From: Candidatus Eiseniibacteriota bacterium
Lineage (GTDB): Bacteria; Eisenbacteria; RBG-16-71-46
Direction of reading: 5' to 3'
Assembly: GCA_963744995.1 (NCBI GenBank)
Contig: CAVUWA010000004.1
Coordinates: forward strand, 256,001-320,000
Length of the DNA: 64,000 bases
Below are positions 17,049 through 27,076 of the stretch, one piece after another. The translations under genes were made by a program, and so were the position numbers. The notes under the pieces are model-generated. The model was not told the origin of the DNA. It made no database searches and saw only the letters and a list, made by a program, of their open reading frames with translations. Position 1 is the first letter of the stretch; every line of letters begins with the position of its first letter.

Positions 17049-17453
17049 CGCTGGGGGAGCGGGCGCAGCGGCGGCGCGGCCGGTCCCGACCGGCGCCCCG
17101 GGTGGCCCGCGCGGCGGACCACCGCCCGGGCCACACGCGCCGCCGCAACAATATTCTTTGAAAGGGGTTGCGGAACCACCTTAAACTTACAGGTGAGTTC
17201 CGGCGGAGGGTGGCGGCCGCGGCGCAGGGGCGGAACGAAACGTGCCCTCCATATCTGCTGAGCCCGGGTGGGCTCTGCATCCGGCATGGACGCCGTTCTC
17301 GCCTTCGACGGAGATGCGTCCGTGAACCTCGACCGATTCTCACCACAGGGTCCCCGTCACTTTTCGGGAACGGAACCGGCCCCACCGGGGGTATCAGCGG
17401 TGAGCCCTGCGGGGGACGGGGTTCGAGAGCCACTGACCCGCGCACGCTATGCC

Positions 17454-17900
17454 ATGCCGCGCTTCTGGGGCTGGGTGGCGTGCGCGGCCGTCGCGTTCGG
17501 ACTGCTCGGGCAGGGCGAGAACTGCCGCGTGGATCCCCGCTTCATCTCTCCGAGCGCGACGCTCGCAACCTACTGGACGGCGCTTCGCGACAACGATCTC
17601 GCCACCGTGTACGACTGCTTCACCGTGGGACGGCACGACATGCCTTTCGAAGGCATGCTATGGTTCCTGCCCACCGACGCGCAGGTGAGGCTCGCGGAGT
17701 TCCGCAGCCTGCCGGTGACCGGAGGACGCGTGATGGTGAGCTACGAAGTGCACTACCGCGTGCCCGGCGCCTCGCGTGAAGAGAGTTTCCAGACCGGCAA
17801 CGAACTGGTTCGCGCGAGCGGCGAGTGGCGCATCGCACGCCCGCTGGGCGAAGCCAGCATGCCGGAGTGGCATGCCGTGGAGTCCCCGGTAGGCATCTGA
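17454..17900 (+). CDS. Hypothetical exported protein (possibly NTF2-like fold)
   Basis: Hydrophobic N-terminus; SPSATLATYWTALRDND helix; ELVRASGEWRI end; host-like codon usage. Confidence 0.6.
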   Translation: MPRFWGWVACAAVAFGLLGQGENCRVDPRFISPSATLATYWTALRDNDLATVYDCFTVGRHDMPFEGMLWFLPTDAQVRLAEFRSLPVTGGRVMVSYEVHYRVPGASREESFQTGNELVRASGEWRIARPLGEASMPEWHAVESPVGI

Positions 17901-17961
17901 ACGGACGCCTTCCCAGGCTCCGCGGGTTGACCGGGTGTCGTCGCAGGACCACGAGGCATGC

Positions 17962-19074
17962 ATGTTTCGATCGAAGACCTTCCTCATCACGTCACTTGCC
18001 GCCGTCCTCCTCGCCGCCCCGGCCCACGCCACCAAATACGCCGGTGAATTCCTGAAGATCCCCGTCGGTCCGCGCGCCATCGGCATGGGCGGCGCGTTCA
18101 CGGCGGTTGCCGACGATGCGACGGCGCCCTACTGGAATCCCGCGGGGATGGTCTACCTGCCGTATCGCGAGGTGATCTTCCAGCACTCCGAGAAGTTCGG
18201 CAGCCTCGCCAACCACGACTACGGCACGGTCGTCTTCCCGCTCGGCGGGGCGTCCGGCCACGGGCAGGCGCTGGGCGTATCGTTCGTGCGGCTCGGCGTG
18301 GACGACATTCCGATCACGCCGCGACCGGGAGGCCTCAAGCCCGGCGACTGGCTCGACTACGGCACCGACAACGATCCGACGACCCCGGGCAACGGCCAGG
18401 GCAACGGCATCTGGGATCCGGGCGAGCGGCTGCTGCTGACCTCCGATGATCTCTTCCTCGCGAGTTCCTCCGACATGGCCGGCATGGTGTCGTACGCGCG
18501 CCAGCACGGCACGCACTGGACCTTCGGCGGCAACCTGAAGTTCGTGCGCCAGAGCCTGCCCGACACGATTCCGGGCAAGCACGTCACCTCGTTCGGCGCG
18601 GGACTCGACGCCGGGGCGCTGTTCATGCCGACCGATGCGATCACGATCGGCGCGACGCTGCGCGACCTCACCACCACGTACCTGGCCTGGAGCAACGGCA
18701 CGCGCGAGCTGATCGTGCCGACCCTGCAGACCGGTGCGGCGTTCAGCTTCTTCCCGGCGCCGAAGCACGCGCTGACCTGTGCGATCGACCTCGACTGGGG
18801 CTTCGAGCGGCGCAAGGCCGACAGCCAGATCCACCTGGGCGGCCAGACCTGGGACGTGCGCACCGGGCTCGAGTACTGGTACGCGAACATGCTGGCGCTG
18901 CGCGCCGGGGTCAACGGCAAGGATCTCGCGTTCGGGGCGGGCATCCGCTACAAGCAGGTCGGCATCGACTACGCCGCCTCGCTGCACCGCTTCTTCGCCT
19001 CCGACGATCCGGACTTCCCCGACGACACGAATCTCGACGCGACCCACATCGTCGGGCTCGGCGTGAGCTGGTAG
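17962..19074 (+). CDS. PorV/PorQ-like (UPF0164/FadL-like) outer-membrane beta-barrel protein
   Basis: Signal peptide, then KYAGEFLKIPVGPRAIGMGGAFTAVADDATAPYWNPAG; terminal aromatic strand VGLGVSW. Confidence 0.85.
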   Translation: MFRSKTFLITSLAAVLLAAPAHATKYAGEFLKIPVGPRAIGMGGAFTAVADDATAPYWNPAGMVYLPYREVIFQHSEKFGSLANHDYGTVVFPLGGASGHGQALGVSFVRLGVDDIPITPRPGGLKPGDWLDYGTDNDPTTPGNGQGNGIWDPGERLLLTSDDLFLASSSDMAGMVSYARQHGTHWTFGGNLKFVRQSLPDTIPGKHVTSFGAGLDAGALFMPTDAITIGATLRDLTTTYLAWSNGTRELIVPTLQTGAAFSFFPAPKHALTCAIDLDWGFERRKADSQIHLGGQTWDVRTGLEYWYANMLALRAGVNGKDLAFGAGIRYKQVGIDYAASLHRFFASDDPDFPDDTNLDATHIVGLGVSW

Positions 19075-19089
19075 CGCGCGCCGCACGCC

Positions 19090-19128
19090 GAAACGCCCCC
19101 GCGCCGTCGAGGTCGCGGGGGCGTTTTT
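19090..19128. terminator. Intrinsic terminator between convergent genes
   Basis: AAACGCCCCCGCG-loop-CGCGGGGGCGTTTTT. Confidence 0.85.
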
Positions 19129-19145
19129 CGCTGCGGCGGGGAAGG

Positions 19146-21158
19146 TCAGCCGGTCGGGATCCTGAGCCGCTGGCCCGCGCGGATCACCGATGACTTGAGG
19201 CCGTTCGCGCGCTGGATCGCGCCGACCGTGGTGCCGTGCCGTCGCGCGATGCCGCCGAGCGTCTCGCCGCGCCGCACCGTATGAACGCCGGAGCGGGTGC
19301 TGTGCGGGGCGTACGCCGTGCGGCGCGAGCCCGGAATGCGCAGCCGCTGCCCCGCGCGGATCATGCTCGAGCGGAGCCGGTTCGCACGCTTGAGCGACGT
19401 CACGCTCACCCCGTAGCGCTGCGCGATGCCGCCGAGCGTCTCGCCGCGATGCACGCGGACCGTCGTGATGATCGTGCCCGTGTAGTGCCGCATGCCCGGC
19501 GGCTTGAGCTGCGCGATCTCGGCACTGTCGCTGGCCGCCAGCTGCATGGCCGCGGCGGGTCCGGTGCGCACCTTGAGTCGCATGCCCGGGCGCACGCGGC
19601 TCGAGTTGAGCAGGTTCCACGTTTTGAGGTCTTCCACGGTCACGCCGTGGGCTTCGGCGATGTCGCTCAGGGTCTCGCCGCGCTTCACCCGCACCATGTA
19701 ACGGCCCTCGGCGTCCGAGCCGCTGATGTTGAGCTGGGCCGGCACCCGGATGTTGCGCTCGGGCACGTAGGCGGTGGACGCGCGCGGGTCGTCGGCATCG
19801 AGCGACGCGAGCTTCGGCGGGGCCATGGCGGTGGGAATCATCAGCTGCTGGCCGATGCGCAGGTAGTTCTTCCTGCCGATCTTGTTCTCGAGCGCCAGCA
19901 GATTCGGGCTCACCCGGTAGCGCGATGCGATGCCCGACAGCGTCTCGCCCTTGCGCACGGTGTGGGCGAGCTGCGCCCGCTGCTTCGGCGCGTCGCCGCT
20001 CTCCAGTTTGGCGGTGATCTTGTCGCCCAGTCCGGCGGGCACGCGAATCGTGGTGATGTTCTGCCCGCCGCGGGCGCCGCTGTGCAGGACGCTCGGATTC
20101 AGCTCGCGCAGGCGCTGGGCCGGGCACTCGCAGAGTTTGGCGATCACGTTGAGGTCCACGCCGCCTTCGAGCGCGATCTCATCGAAGTCGAGCGGGTCGT
20201 CGCGCTCGACCTGGTCGAAGCCGTACTTCGCGGGGTCGCGCCCGATCGCGAGGACCGCCATGAACTGCGGAACGTAGTCCTCGGTCTGCCGCGGCAGGTG
20301 CAGGTCCCAGTAATTGGTGGTGCCCTGCATCTTGATCTCGCGCAGCATCCGGCCCTCGCCCGCGTTGTAGGAGGCGAGCGCGAGCGGCCAGTCGCCGAAG
20401 ATCGTATAGAGGTGCTTGAGGTAGCGGGCGGCGGCGACGGTCGACTTCTCCGGATCGCGGCGCTCGTCGATCCACTTGTTGATGGTCAGCCCGAACAGGC
20501 GTCCGGTCGAGCGCAGGAACTGCCACGGCCCGACGGCCGCCGCGCGCGAACGCGCATGCAGGTTGAAGCCGCTCTCCACGAACACGAGGTGGGCCAGGTC
20601 CGGCGGCACGCCTTCCTTCTGCAGGGTGCGCTGGAACAGATCCATGTACGCGCCCGAGCGTTTCCACCAGCGCTCGAACGTCTTGCGCCCGGTGGTCGTG
20701 TAGTACGTGATCCAGCGCTCGACCTCGGGGTTCATCTGCGCCTCGAGATCGTAGGCGGCCGGCGCATTGAGTACGGAATCGTCCGCCTCGTTGCCGGCGG
20801 CGGCGGCGGCCACGGCGGCCGCGCGGTCGCTGCGGGCGGCGTCGGCGAGCCCGGCGAGGCGCGTGCGCAGGTCGTTGAGGTCGAGGCGCTGGTGCGGGCT
20901 GAGATCGCCCGCGAGCAGGGCGTCCACGTCCTCGACCGCACCGTCGGCAATGTCGATGGCGTCGTCGAAATCGCCGACCTGGCGCTGTGCCCAAGCGGCG
21001 CGATAGGCGACCTTGATGGCGTGGATGCCGTCGAGGGCGGACGCCGAAGTCGAATCGGCGGCCGTCTGCGCCGCCGGGGCCGCGCTGACCGCGACCGAGG
21101 CGACCGGCGCGGGGCTCGCGGTGGCGAGAACGGTGAGTAGCAGGGCGAGATGGGCCAA
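19146..21158 (-). CDS. MltD-like lytic murein transglycosylase with four LysM domains
   Basis: SLT motifs VESGFN, AVGPWQF, ALASYNAGEG; four GETL..IA LysM repeats; TTG start with GGAG RBS. Confidence 0.92.
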   Translation of the reverse strand: MAHLALLLTVLATASPAPVASVAVSAAPAAQTAADSTSASALDGIHAIKVAYRAAWAQRQVGDFDDAIDIADGAVEDVDALLAGDLSPHQRLDLNDLRTRLAGLADAARSDRAAAVAAAAAGNEADDSVLNAPAAYDLEAQMNPEVERWITYYTTTGRKTFERWWKRSGAYMDLFQRTLQKEGVPPDLAHLVFVESGFNLHARSRAAAVGPWQFLRSTGRLFGLTINKWIDERRDPEKSTVAAARYLKHLYTIFGDWPLALASYNAGEGRMLREIKMQGTTNYWDLHLPRQTEDYVPQFMAVLAIGRDPAKYGFDQVERDDPLDFDEIALEGGVDLNVIAKLCECPAQRLRELNPSVLHSGARGGQNITTIRVPAGLGDKITAKLESGDAPKQRAQLAHTVRKGETLSGIASRYRVSPNLLALENKIGRKNYLRIGQQLMIPTAMAPPKLASLDADDPRASTAYVPERNIRVPAQLNISGSDAEGRYMVRVKRGETLSDIAEAHGVTVEDLKTWNLLNSSRVRPGMRLKVRTGPAAAMQLAASDSAEIAQLKPPGMRHYTGTIITTVRVHRGETLGGIAQRYGVSVTSLKRANRLRSSMIRAGQRLRIPGSRRTAYAPHSTRSGVHTVRRGETLGGIARRHGTTVGAIQRANGLKSSVIRAGQRLRIPTG

Positions 21159-21359
21159 AAGAGCGGTCTCCGAAATCTTGGGGTTTGGCCTCGGGGGACC
21201 GAAGTGCGGATCGCGAAAAGTTACAGGCGCGGCATGCAAGATGCAACGAACTTGCCCGACCGCGATATCCGTTTGCGTCCGAAGTGGGTTCGGTTACGGC
21301 CCGTTGTGGACCGCAAGCCCTAGTGTAGGGCAAGGGTTGTGCCACAAGCCTCTCGCACG

Positions 21360-21388
21360 TTGACACTTGCGGGGGCCTCGTCTAGCGT
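21360..21388 (+). promoter_or_regulatory. Putative sigma70 promoter of the PEGA gene
   Basis: TTGACA-N17-TAGCGT. Confidence 0.6.
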
Positions 21389-21450
21389 GCCGAATCAGCT
21401 CTGGATGAGCACCAAACGCCCTTGTGCGTCCGGGGAAGGAGCCCCTCAAG

Positions 21451-24400
21451 ATGAACGCGCCAGACCTCAACGCCGGCCAGTGGATGGTGGATGTTCGCCC
21501 GCGCGGCGAAATCCTGACCGCCTCCGCCGGCGACGCCTCCATCGAGCTGGGGGTGCTCGGCATTCCGAGCGGCTACAGCGCGGCCGAGATCGAGGGATGG
21601 CTCCACGACCTCATCGGTGTGGCCCGCGAGACCGCGCGTGAAGACGAGCGGGTGCGGCCGATTCCCGCCCTGCTGCATCACGGCCTGACCGGACTGCTGT
21701 TCTCGCACGCCCAGCTCTGGAACCGCGACGGCGAGCGGCACCCGGCCTCGTATGCGGTGGTGCGGGTGAACGGCATGCTCGGCTTCGGCTGGATCGGCGC
21801 CGCCGAAGTGTCGGTGACGGTCGCCGGCGCCCCGGCCGATCCGGGCGAAGTCATCGTCCGGGACGACGAGGGCCGCGAGGCGCGCGCGTTCGAGCTGCCC
21901 GGAGAGGGTCCGGTCGAGATCCACCTGACGTGGTCGGCCGGCGAGCCGCAGCCGCTCGTCGAACTCGACGCACGCTGGGAAGCGGCCGCGGCGCCGGGCG
22001 CGCCGCAAGCCGCGCCGCATGAAGCACCGCCCGCCGCGCCACGGCTCGCGGACGACGATGACTTCGAGCAGCCGCGCACGATGATCCCGGCGGCCGCGGC
22101 GTTCGCGCCCGACGCAGCCGCGGAGGCGCCGGCCGCGCCCGCGTTCGAGGTGCCCGTCGCGCCGGACCCCGACATCGAGAGTCCGGCCGCACCCGCGTTC
22201 GAGGTGCCCGTCGCGCCGGACCCCGACATCGAAAGTCCGGCCGCGCCCCGGATCGCGCCGCAGGGTCCGGTGACGCCGATGGAAGGGATCGAGCGCGAGA
22301 CGTTCGCGCCGTTCCCGCCGGACGAGCCGCCGCCCCCGCAAGCCGAGCCGTCGTTCCTCGAGAGTGACGGCGAGCCGCTCGATCTCGGCGCCGGCACGGC
22401 GCGGCCCGTCGCACCACCCGCCGCCGCGCCGCCGCCCGCCGCACAGCCGCCCGGCACGCTAGCCGCCGCCGCGCCGCCGCCGCGTCCGGTGGATCAAGTC
22501 CAGGCACCCGCCGCAGCGCCGCCGCCCGTCGCGCCGGGTGGCGCGCCGCCGCTCGAGCCGGCCGCGGCACGTGCGCCGTCGCACGAGCCCCCGCAGGCGG
22601 TGGCGCCCGAAGCCGAAATGCCCGCGCCCGCCGCGCAGCAGGAGGTCCTGCCGATCGAGTCGCACACCGCGGGAATCGCGCTCGACGAGCGTGAAGGCGA
22701 CGCGCCCGAGCCGATCGACAGGGACCGGGCGGACGAGGGCGAAGCGCGGCCGAGCCGTCTGCGGCGCATGTTCGCGCGTTTCGCGATCTGGCGCCGCGAG
22801 GAACCGAGCGCGGACGCCCTGCCCGGCGCGGAACGCGAGCCGCAGGCGCATGACGTCCCCGGCGTTCCCCAACAGGTGCCGCCGACGCCGGAATCCCCCG
22901 AGATCACCGAGCGCGCCGTGCACGCTCCGGCCGCCTCCGCACCGGACCATGCGGAGGTGCTCGTCGGTGAGGCGGAGCGCATGGAGACCGTGGTCGCGGC
23001 AGGCGCGAACGCGGGTCCGGTGGCGGGTGCCGAGGCAGCCGAGCCCCCCGGCCGCGGCGACGCGCCGATCGCCGAGAGCGCGTCCGGCGAACCGGTGCTG
23101 CCCGCCCCGTTCGAGGCCGAAGCGGCGCATGCCGCGCCGCCGCTGGAGCCGCACGTCGTGGATCCGGCCGCGCCGCAGGCGAGCGAACCCGCCATGTCGC
23201 AGGCGAGCGAGCCCGCCGCTGCGCCGGCGCCCGCACCACCCGCCGAGGGCGTCGTCACGCGCACGCCGATGCACCCGCACTGGCCGAGCGCCGAAGAGCT
23301 GCGCCCGCCGGCGCCGCTCTGGAAGCGGCCGTGGGCATGGGCCGTGGTCGTCGTGGCGCTGTTCGCGGGGGGCTGGCTGATCGGCCACATGAACGACGAG
23401 CGCCGCGCCGGCGCCGCGCGCGGCGTGCGCGAGGCGCTGCGCGCGATCGGAATCGGCGGTGCGCGCTTCGAGGTCATGGTGAACAGCCGCCCCGCGGGCG
23501 CCTGGATCACGCTCGACGGCAAGGATCTCGCGCGGCGCACGCCGGCCACGGTCGAGATGGAGCCGGGCGAGCACGACGTCACGCTGTCGTTCTCCGATCT
23601 CGGCGGGGCGACGTTCCAGGTCCGCGGCACCGACGGCGACCGCGTGACGCTGAACCCGGCGCTGTGGGGATCGCTCAACGTGTATTCGAGCGACGCCGAG
23701 GTGCCGGTCGCGGTCGCGGTGGACGGTGTCGCACGCGGCTTCGCGCCCACCCGCATCGACAGCCTGCAGCCGGGCGCGCACGACGTGCGCTTCTCGGGCC
23801 CGGGACTGCCGTCGTGGGGGCAGACCGTCGAGATTCGGGTGGGCGAGGGCGCGGACCTGATCGCGCGGCCGATGACCTCTCCGGCGACCGGCGTGATCGA
23901 GGTGCGCGCCTCGCTGGCGACCGCGACCGGCTCGACCGACGTCGACGGCGCGCAGGTGTGGCTCGACGCCCGGCCGGCCGGGACGACGCCGCTCACCCTC
24001 GAGCTGCCGCGCGGTCCGCACAGCATCCGCATCGAGTACCAGGGCGAGAGCGCGCCGGTTCAGGTGATCGACCTGCCGGGCGGCAATCAGCGTTTCGCGA
24101 ACTTCATGCTGAACCCGGGCACCGACTTTCCCACGCTCACGCTGATCGATCCGCCGGCGGTGATTCCGCTCGATCGCCCGACCGTCGTATCGGCCGCGCT
24201 CGAAGGTGTCGACTCGGCCGAGATCCACGAGATGTGGCTGCACGTGCAGACCCCGGACGGCCCGTGGCGCCGCTATCAGATGGCGTGGCTCCGGGCGCCG
24301 GGCGGCACCGTCGGCGTGGCGGTGTTCCCGACCACGCTGTTCGACGCCGACGGTCACGTCGAGTGCTACGTCAGCGCGGCGACGCAGGCGGGCGACGAAT

Positions 24401-24468
24401 ACTTCAGCGAGATCCAGGTGATGTCGCGTCCCGACGCGAAGCCGCCGGCGGCCGTCAGGAAGCGCTGA
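21451..24468 (+). CDS. Bitopic membrane protein with long Pro/Ala/Glu linker and three PEGA domains
   Basis: TM WAWAVVVVALFAGGWLIG; PEGA repeats SRPAGAWITLDG...TPA, VAVDGVARGFAP, GAQVWLDARPAGTTP. Confidence 0.82.
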   Translation: MNAPDLNAGQWMVDVRPRGEILTASAGDASIELGVLGIPSGYSAAEIEGWLHDLIGVARETAREDERVRPIPALLHHGLTGLLFSHAQLWNRDGERHPASYAVVRVNGMLGFGWIGAAEVSVTVAGAPADPGEVIVRDDEGREARAFELPGEGPVEIHLTWSAGEPQPLVELDARWEAAAAPGAPQAAPHEAPPAAPRLADDDDFEQPRTMIPAAAAFAPDAAAEAPAAPAFEVPVAPDPDIESPAAPAFEVPVAPDPDIESPAAPRIAPQGPVTPMEGIERETFAPFPPDEPPPPQAEPSFLESDGEPLDLGAGTARPVAPPAAAPPPAAQPPGTLAAAAPPPRPVDQVQAPAAAPPPVAPGGAPPLEPAAARAPSHEPPQAVAPEAEMPAPAAQQEVLPIESHTAGIALDEREGDAPEPIDRDRADEGEARPSRLRRMFARFAIWRREEPSADALPGAEREPQAHDVPGVPQQVPPTPESPEITERAVHAPAASAPDHAEVLVGEAERMETVVAAGANAGPVAGAEAAEPPGRGDAPIAESASGEPVLPAPFEAEAAHAAPPLEPHVVDPAAPQASEPAMSQASEPAAAPAPAPPAEGVVTRTPMHPHWPSAEELRPPAPLWKRPWAWAVVVVALFAGGWLIGHMNDERRAGAARGVREALRAIGIGGARFEVMVNSRPAGAWITLDGKDLARRTPATVEMEPGEHDVTLSFSDLGGATFQVRGTDGDRVTLNPALWGSLNVYSSDAEVPVAVAVDGVARGFAPTRIDSLQPGAHDVRFSGPGLPSWGQTVEIRVGEGADLIARPMTSPATGVIEVRASLATATGSTDVDGAQVWLDARPAGTTPLTLELPRGPHSIRIEYQGESAPVQVIDLPGGNQRFANFMLNPGTDFPTLTLIDPPAVIPLDRPTVVSAALEGVDSAEIHEMWLHVQTPDGPWRRYQMAWLRAPGGTVGVAVFPTTLFDADGHVECYVSAATQAGDEYFSEIQVMSRPDAKPPAAVRKR
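22129..22248 (+). repeat. 54-bp in-frame tandem duplication (PAAPAFEVPVAPDPDIES x2)
   Basis: Copies start at 22129 and 22183; partial third at 22237. Confidence 0.85.
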
Positions 24469-24591
24469 TCGCTTCGTCTACCTGATGCTCGGGCCCGTCC
24501 ACGTCGTGGACGGGCCCGGCGCGGCTCGTGCGCCGCCGGCCGCGAACGGCGCGGCCGCAGCGCTGGCACGGCTCTTTCCCCGCGCGCGGGC

Positions 24592-26973
24592 ATGGGCGCC
24601 CGAATTGCCGTCGCTCCCGCGGTCGCGATGTGGGCCGGAGCGCTGGCGGGTCTCGCGGGTGCGCCGGCCGCATACGCGTTCGCGCTCGTGCCGCTCGCCG
24701 CGCTGGCGCTCGTCCGCGGCCGCCGCTGGCCGGGCCTCGCAGGCCTGGCGCTGCCGGCGCTGTTCGCGCTCGCCGGCGCGCTGCTGGGCGCGGCGCATCG
24801 CGGGCGCATCGAAGTCCAGCGCGCGCAGGTCGAAGCCGGCGACGGGCTGTTCCGGCTCGAGGTCACGGTCATGGGGCCGGGGGCACGCGGCGGCGAGTGG
24901 ATCGAGGCCCGCGTGACCGCCGCCGCGCCGCCGCTCATCGCGGGCACGCGCCTGCATCTGCGCATGCCGGAGGGACGTCCGGCGGTGTGGGGGGACCGTC
25001 TGGCGTGCCTCGCGACGCTCGAGGTGGCGCCCGGACGCCGCAACCCGGGGGGCTTCGACGCGCGCGCCGCCGATTTCGCGCGCGGCATCGCGGCGCGCGG
25101 ACGCATTCACGCGATCGCGCGGCACGACTCGACCGGGGCGGGCGCCTGGCCGCGCGCGACCGTGGCGCGCTGGCGCCGCGCCGTGGAGCGGCTGCTCGAT
25201 GCGCATCTCGACGACACGGCGCGCGCCTACGCGATTCCGCTGATGATCGGCGATCGCAGCGGTCTCAGCCCCGAGCAGCGCGCGCGCGTGCGCGATGCGG
25301 GGCTCGCGCATCTGCTCGCGCTCTCGGGGCTGCACGTCGCCTGGCTCGCCTGGCTGACGCGTGCGGCGGTGATCGCCGCGGGCGGCGGACGGATCGCACG
25401 CGCGCTCGCCGGCGCCGCTGCGGCGCTCGCCTACCTGGGCCTCGCCGGACCGCTGCCGGCGCTCGCCCGCGCGGCCACGACCGAGCTGCTCGCCGCCGTG
25501 GCACGCGCGACGCAGCGCGCCCTCGATCCGCTGCAGGCGCTGGCGCTCAGCGTCGTGCTGCTCATCGCCTGGCGGCCCGGCTGGGCGCTGGACCTCGGTT
25601 TCCAGCTCTCGTGTGCGGCGACCTGCGGGCTGGTGCTGGCCGTGCCCGTGCATGGGGCGGAGCCGGCGGCGCCCGCGTGGCGACGCCGGATCGGCACCGG
25701 GGTGCGCGCCACCGCCGCCGCGCAGCTTGCGGCGGGGCCGCTGCTCGTCACCCGCTTTCACGGCCTGTCGTGGAGCGTGTGGCTCGCCAACCTGCCGGCG
25801 GTGCCGGCGGCGGGGCTGCTGCTCGCCCTGCTCTGGGGCGCGGTGCTCGCGGACCTCGCCGCGCCCGGGTCGGGCGCGCCGCTGTGGGCGGCGTGCGGCG
25901 CCGCGGCGCGGGTGCTCGATACGATCGCGCGCGCCGCGGCGGCGCTGCCGTCCGCATTCCTCCCGTGCGGCGCCGGCGTGGCGCTGCTGCTCGCGGCCGC
26001 AGGCGTGTGTCTGGCCGCGGGGCGACTGTCGAAGCCCGCGCTGCTGGACCTCGCACCGCCGCCCGGCGGCGCGGTGCACCGCGCGCATGCGCTCGGTGCC
26101 GTGCTCGCGCTCGCGGCGCTGGTGGTCCTGTTGGTGCCGGCGCCGTTGCGCCCTGCGGCCGGGCGCGTGTGGGTCGTCACGCTCGACATCGGACAGGGCG
26201 ACGCGATCGCGCTCGCCGCGGCCGACGGCTGGTGGCTGATCGACGCCGGCCCCAGAGCCCCCGGTTACGACGCGGGGGAGAGCATCGTGGTGCCGTTCTT
26301 TCGCTGGGCGGGCGTGCGCAGGCTCTCCGGGTTGCTCGTCACGCACATGGACGCCGACCACTCGGGGGGCGCGCGTGCGGTGTGGCGTGCACTCGATCCC
26401 GCGCGGGTCGTGGGCCCTGATTCCGGCGCGGCCCTGCTGCGACCGCCGCGCCGCGCCGCATGGCGGCGCACGGCGGCCGGCGACACGCTGCGCACCGATC
26501 CCGCACTGATCGTGCTGTGGCCCCCGGCGGAGTTCCGCAGCCCGCTGCGCAACGAGCGCTCCGCGGTGACGCTGCTCGAGGTCGGCGGCACGCGGGCGCT
26601 GTTCATGGCCGACGCCGACAGCGTGGTCGAAGCGCGCCTCGCGCCGCCGCCGGGGGTGCGCCTCCTCAAGGCGGGTCACCACGGCGCGCGCTCATCGAGC
26701 GCGGTCGGATTCCTCGCACGCGTCGCGCCCGAGCTCGCGGTGATCTCGGCCGGCCGGGGCAACCGGTTCGGTCATCCGCACCCGGAGGTGCTGGAACGGC
26801 TCGCCGCGGCCGGCGTCGGGGTGCGGCGCACCGATCGCGAGGGGGCGATCTGGATCGAGCTCTCGAAGGGAGCAATGCGCGAGGTGGACTGGCGCCGCAG
26901 CGCCCCCGGCCGCGCGCGCACGGCGGCCGTGCCGGCCGCGCCGGCGCTGCGGACGGCGCCACGTTGCGAGTAG
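24592..26973 (+). CDS. comEC: ComEC/Rec2 DNA uptake channel with metallo-beta-lactamase domain
   Basis: RNPGGFD, HLLALSGLHV, GFQLS, LDIGQGDA, THMDADHSGG, GHHG, NRFGHP. Confidence 0.92.
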   Translation: MGARIAVAPAVAMWAGALAGLAGAPAAYAFALVPLAALALVRGRRWPGLAGLALPALFALAGALLGAAHRGRIEVQRAQVEAGDGLFRLEVTVMGPGARGGEWIEARVTAAAPPLIAGTRLHLRMPEGRPAVWGDRLACLATLEVAPGRRNPGGFDARAADFARGIAARGRIHAIARHDSTGAGAWPRATVARWRRAVERLLDAHLDDTARAYAIPLMIGDRSGLSPEQRARVRDAGLAHLLALSGLHVAWLAWLTRAAVIAAGGGRIARALAGAAAALAYLGLAGPLPALARAATTELLAAVARATQRALDPLQALALSVVLLIAWRPGWALDLGFQLSCAATCGLVLAVPVHGAEPAAPAWRRRIGTGVRATAAAQLAAGPLLVTRFHGLSWSVWLANLPAVPAAGLLLALLWGAVLADLAAPGSGAPLWAACGAAARVLDTIARAAAALPSAFLPCGAGVALLLAAAGVCLAAGRLSKPALLDLAPPPGGAVHRAHALGAVLALAALVVLLVPAPLRPAAGRVWVVTLDIGQGDAIALAAADGWWLIDAGPRAPGYDAGESIVVPFFRWAGVRRLSGLLVTHMDADHSGGARAVWRALDPARVVGPDSGAALLRPPRRAAWRRTAAGDTLRTDPALIVLWPPAEFRSPLRNERSAVTLLEVGGTRALFMADADSVVEARLAPPPGVRLLKAGHHGARSSSAVGFLARVAPELAVISAGRGNRFGHPHPEVLERLAAAGVGVRRTDREGAIWIELSKGAMREVDWRRSAPGRARTAAVPAAPALRTAPRCE

Positions 26974-27076
26974 TCTCCTGCCGCTCGGGACGCGGTTTCC
27001 GCCGCCGGTCTCCATGGACCGCGTGCCATGCCGGCGCCCTCTTGCGGTCCGCGAACCGGTCGGGCTAGATTGCGAC

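Noticed and set aside
17175..17450. Long intergenic stretch as a riboswitch or ncRNA
   Set aside because: No Rfam-like consensus recognised by eye; an Infernal search would be needed.
24491..24517. GGGCCCGTCCACG/CGTGGACGGGCCC hairpin as an intrinsic terminator
   Set aside because: Strong stem but no U-tract on either strand; function cannot be assigned.
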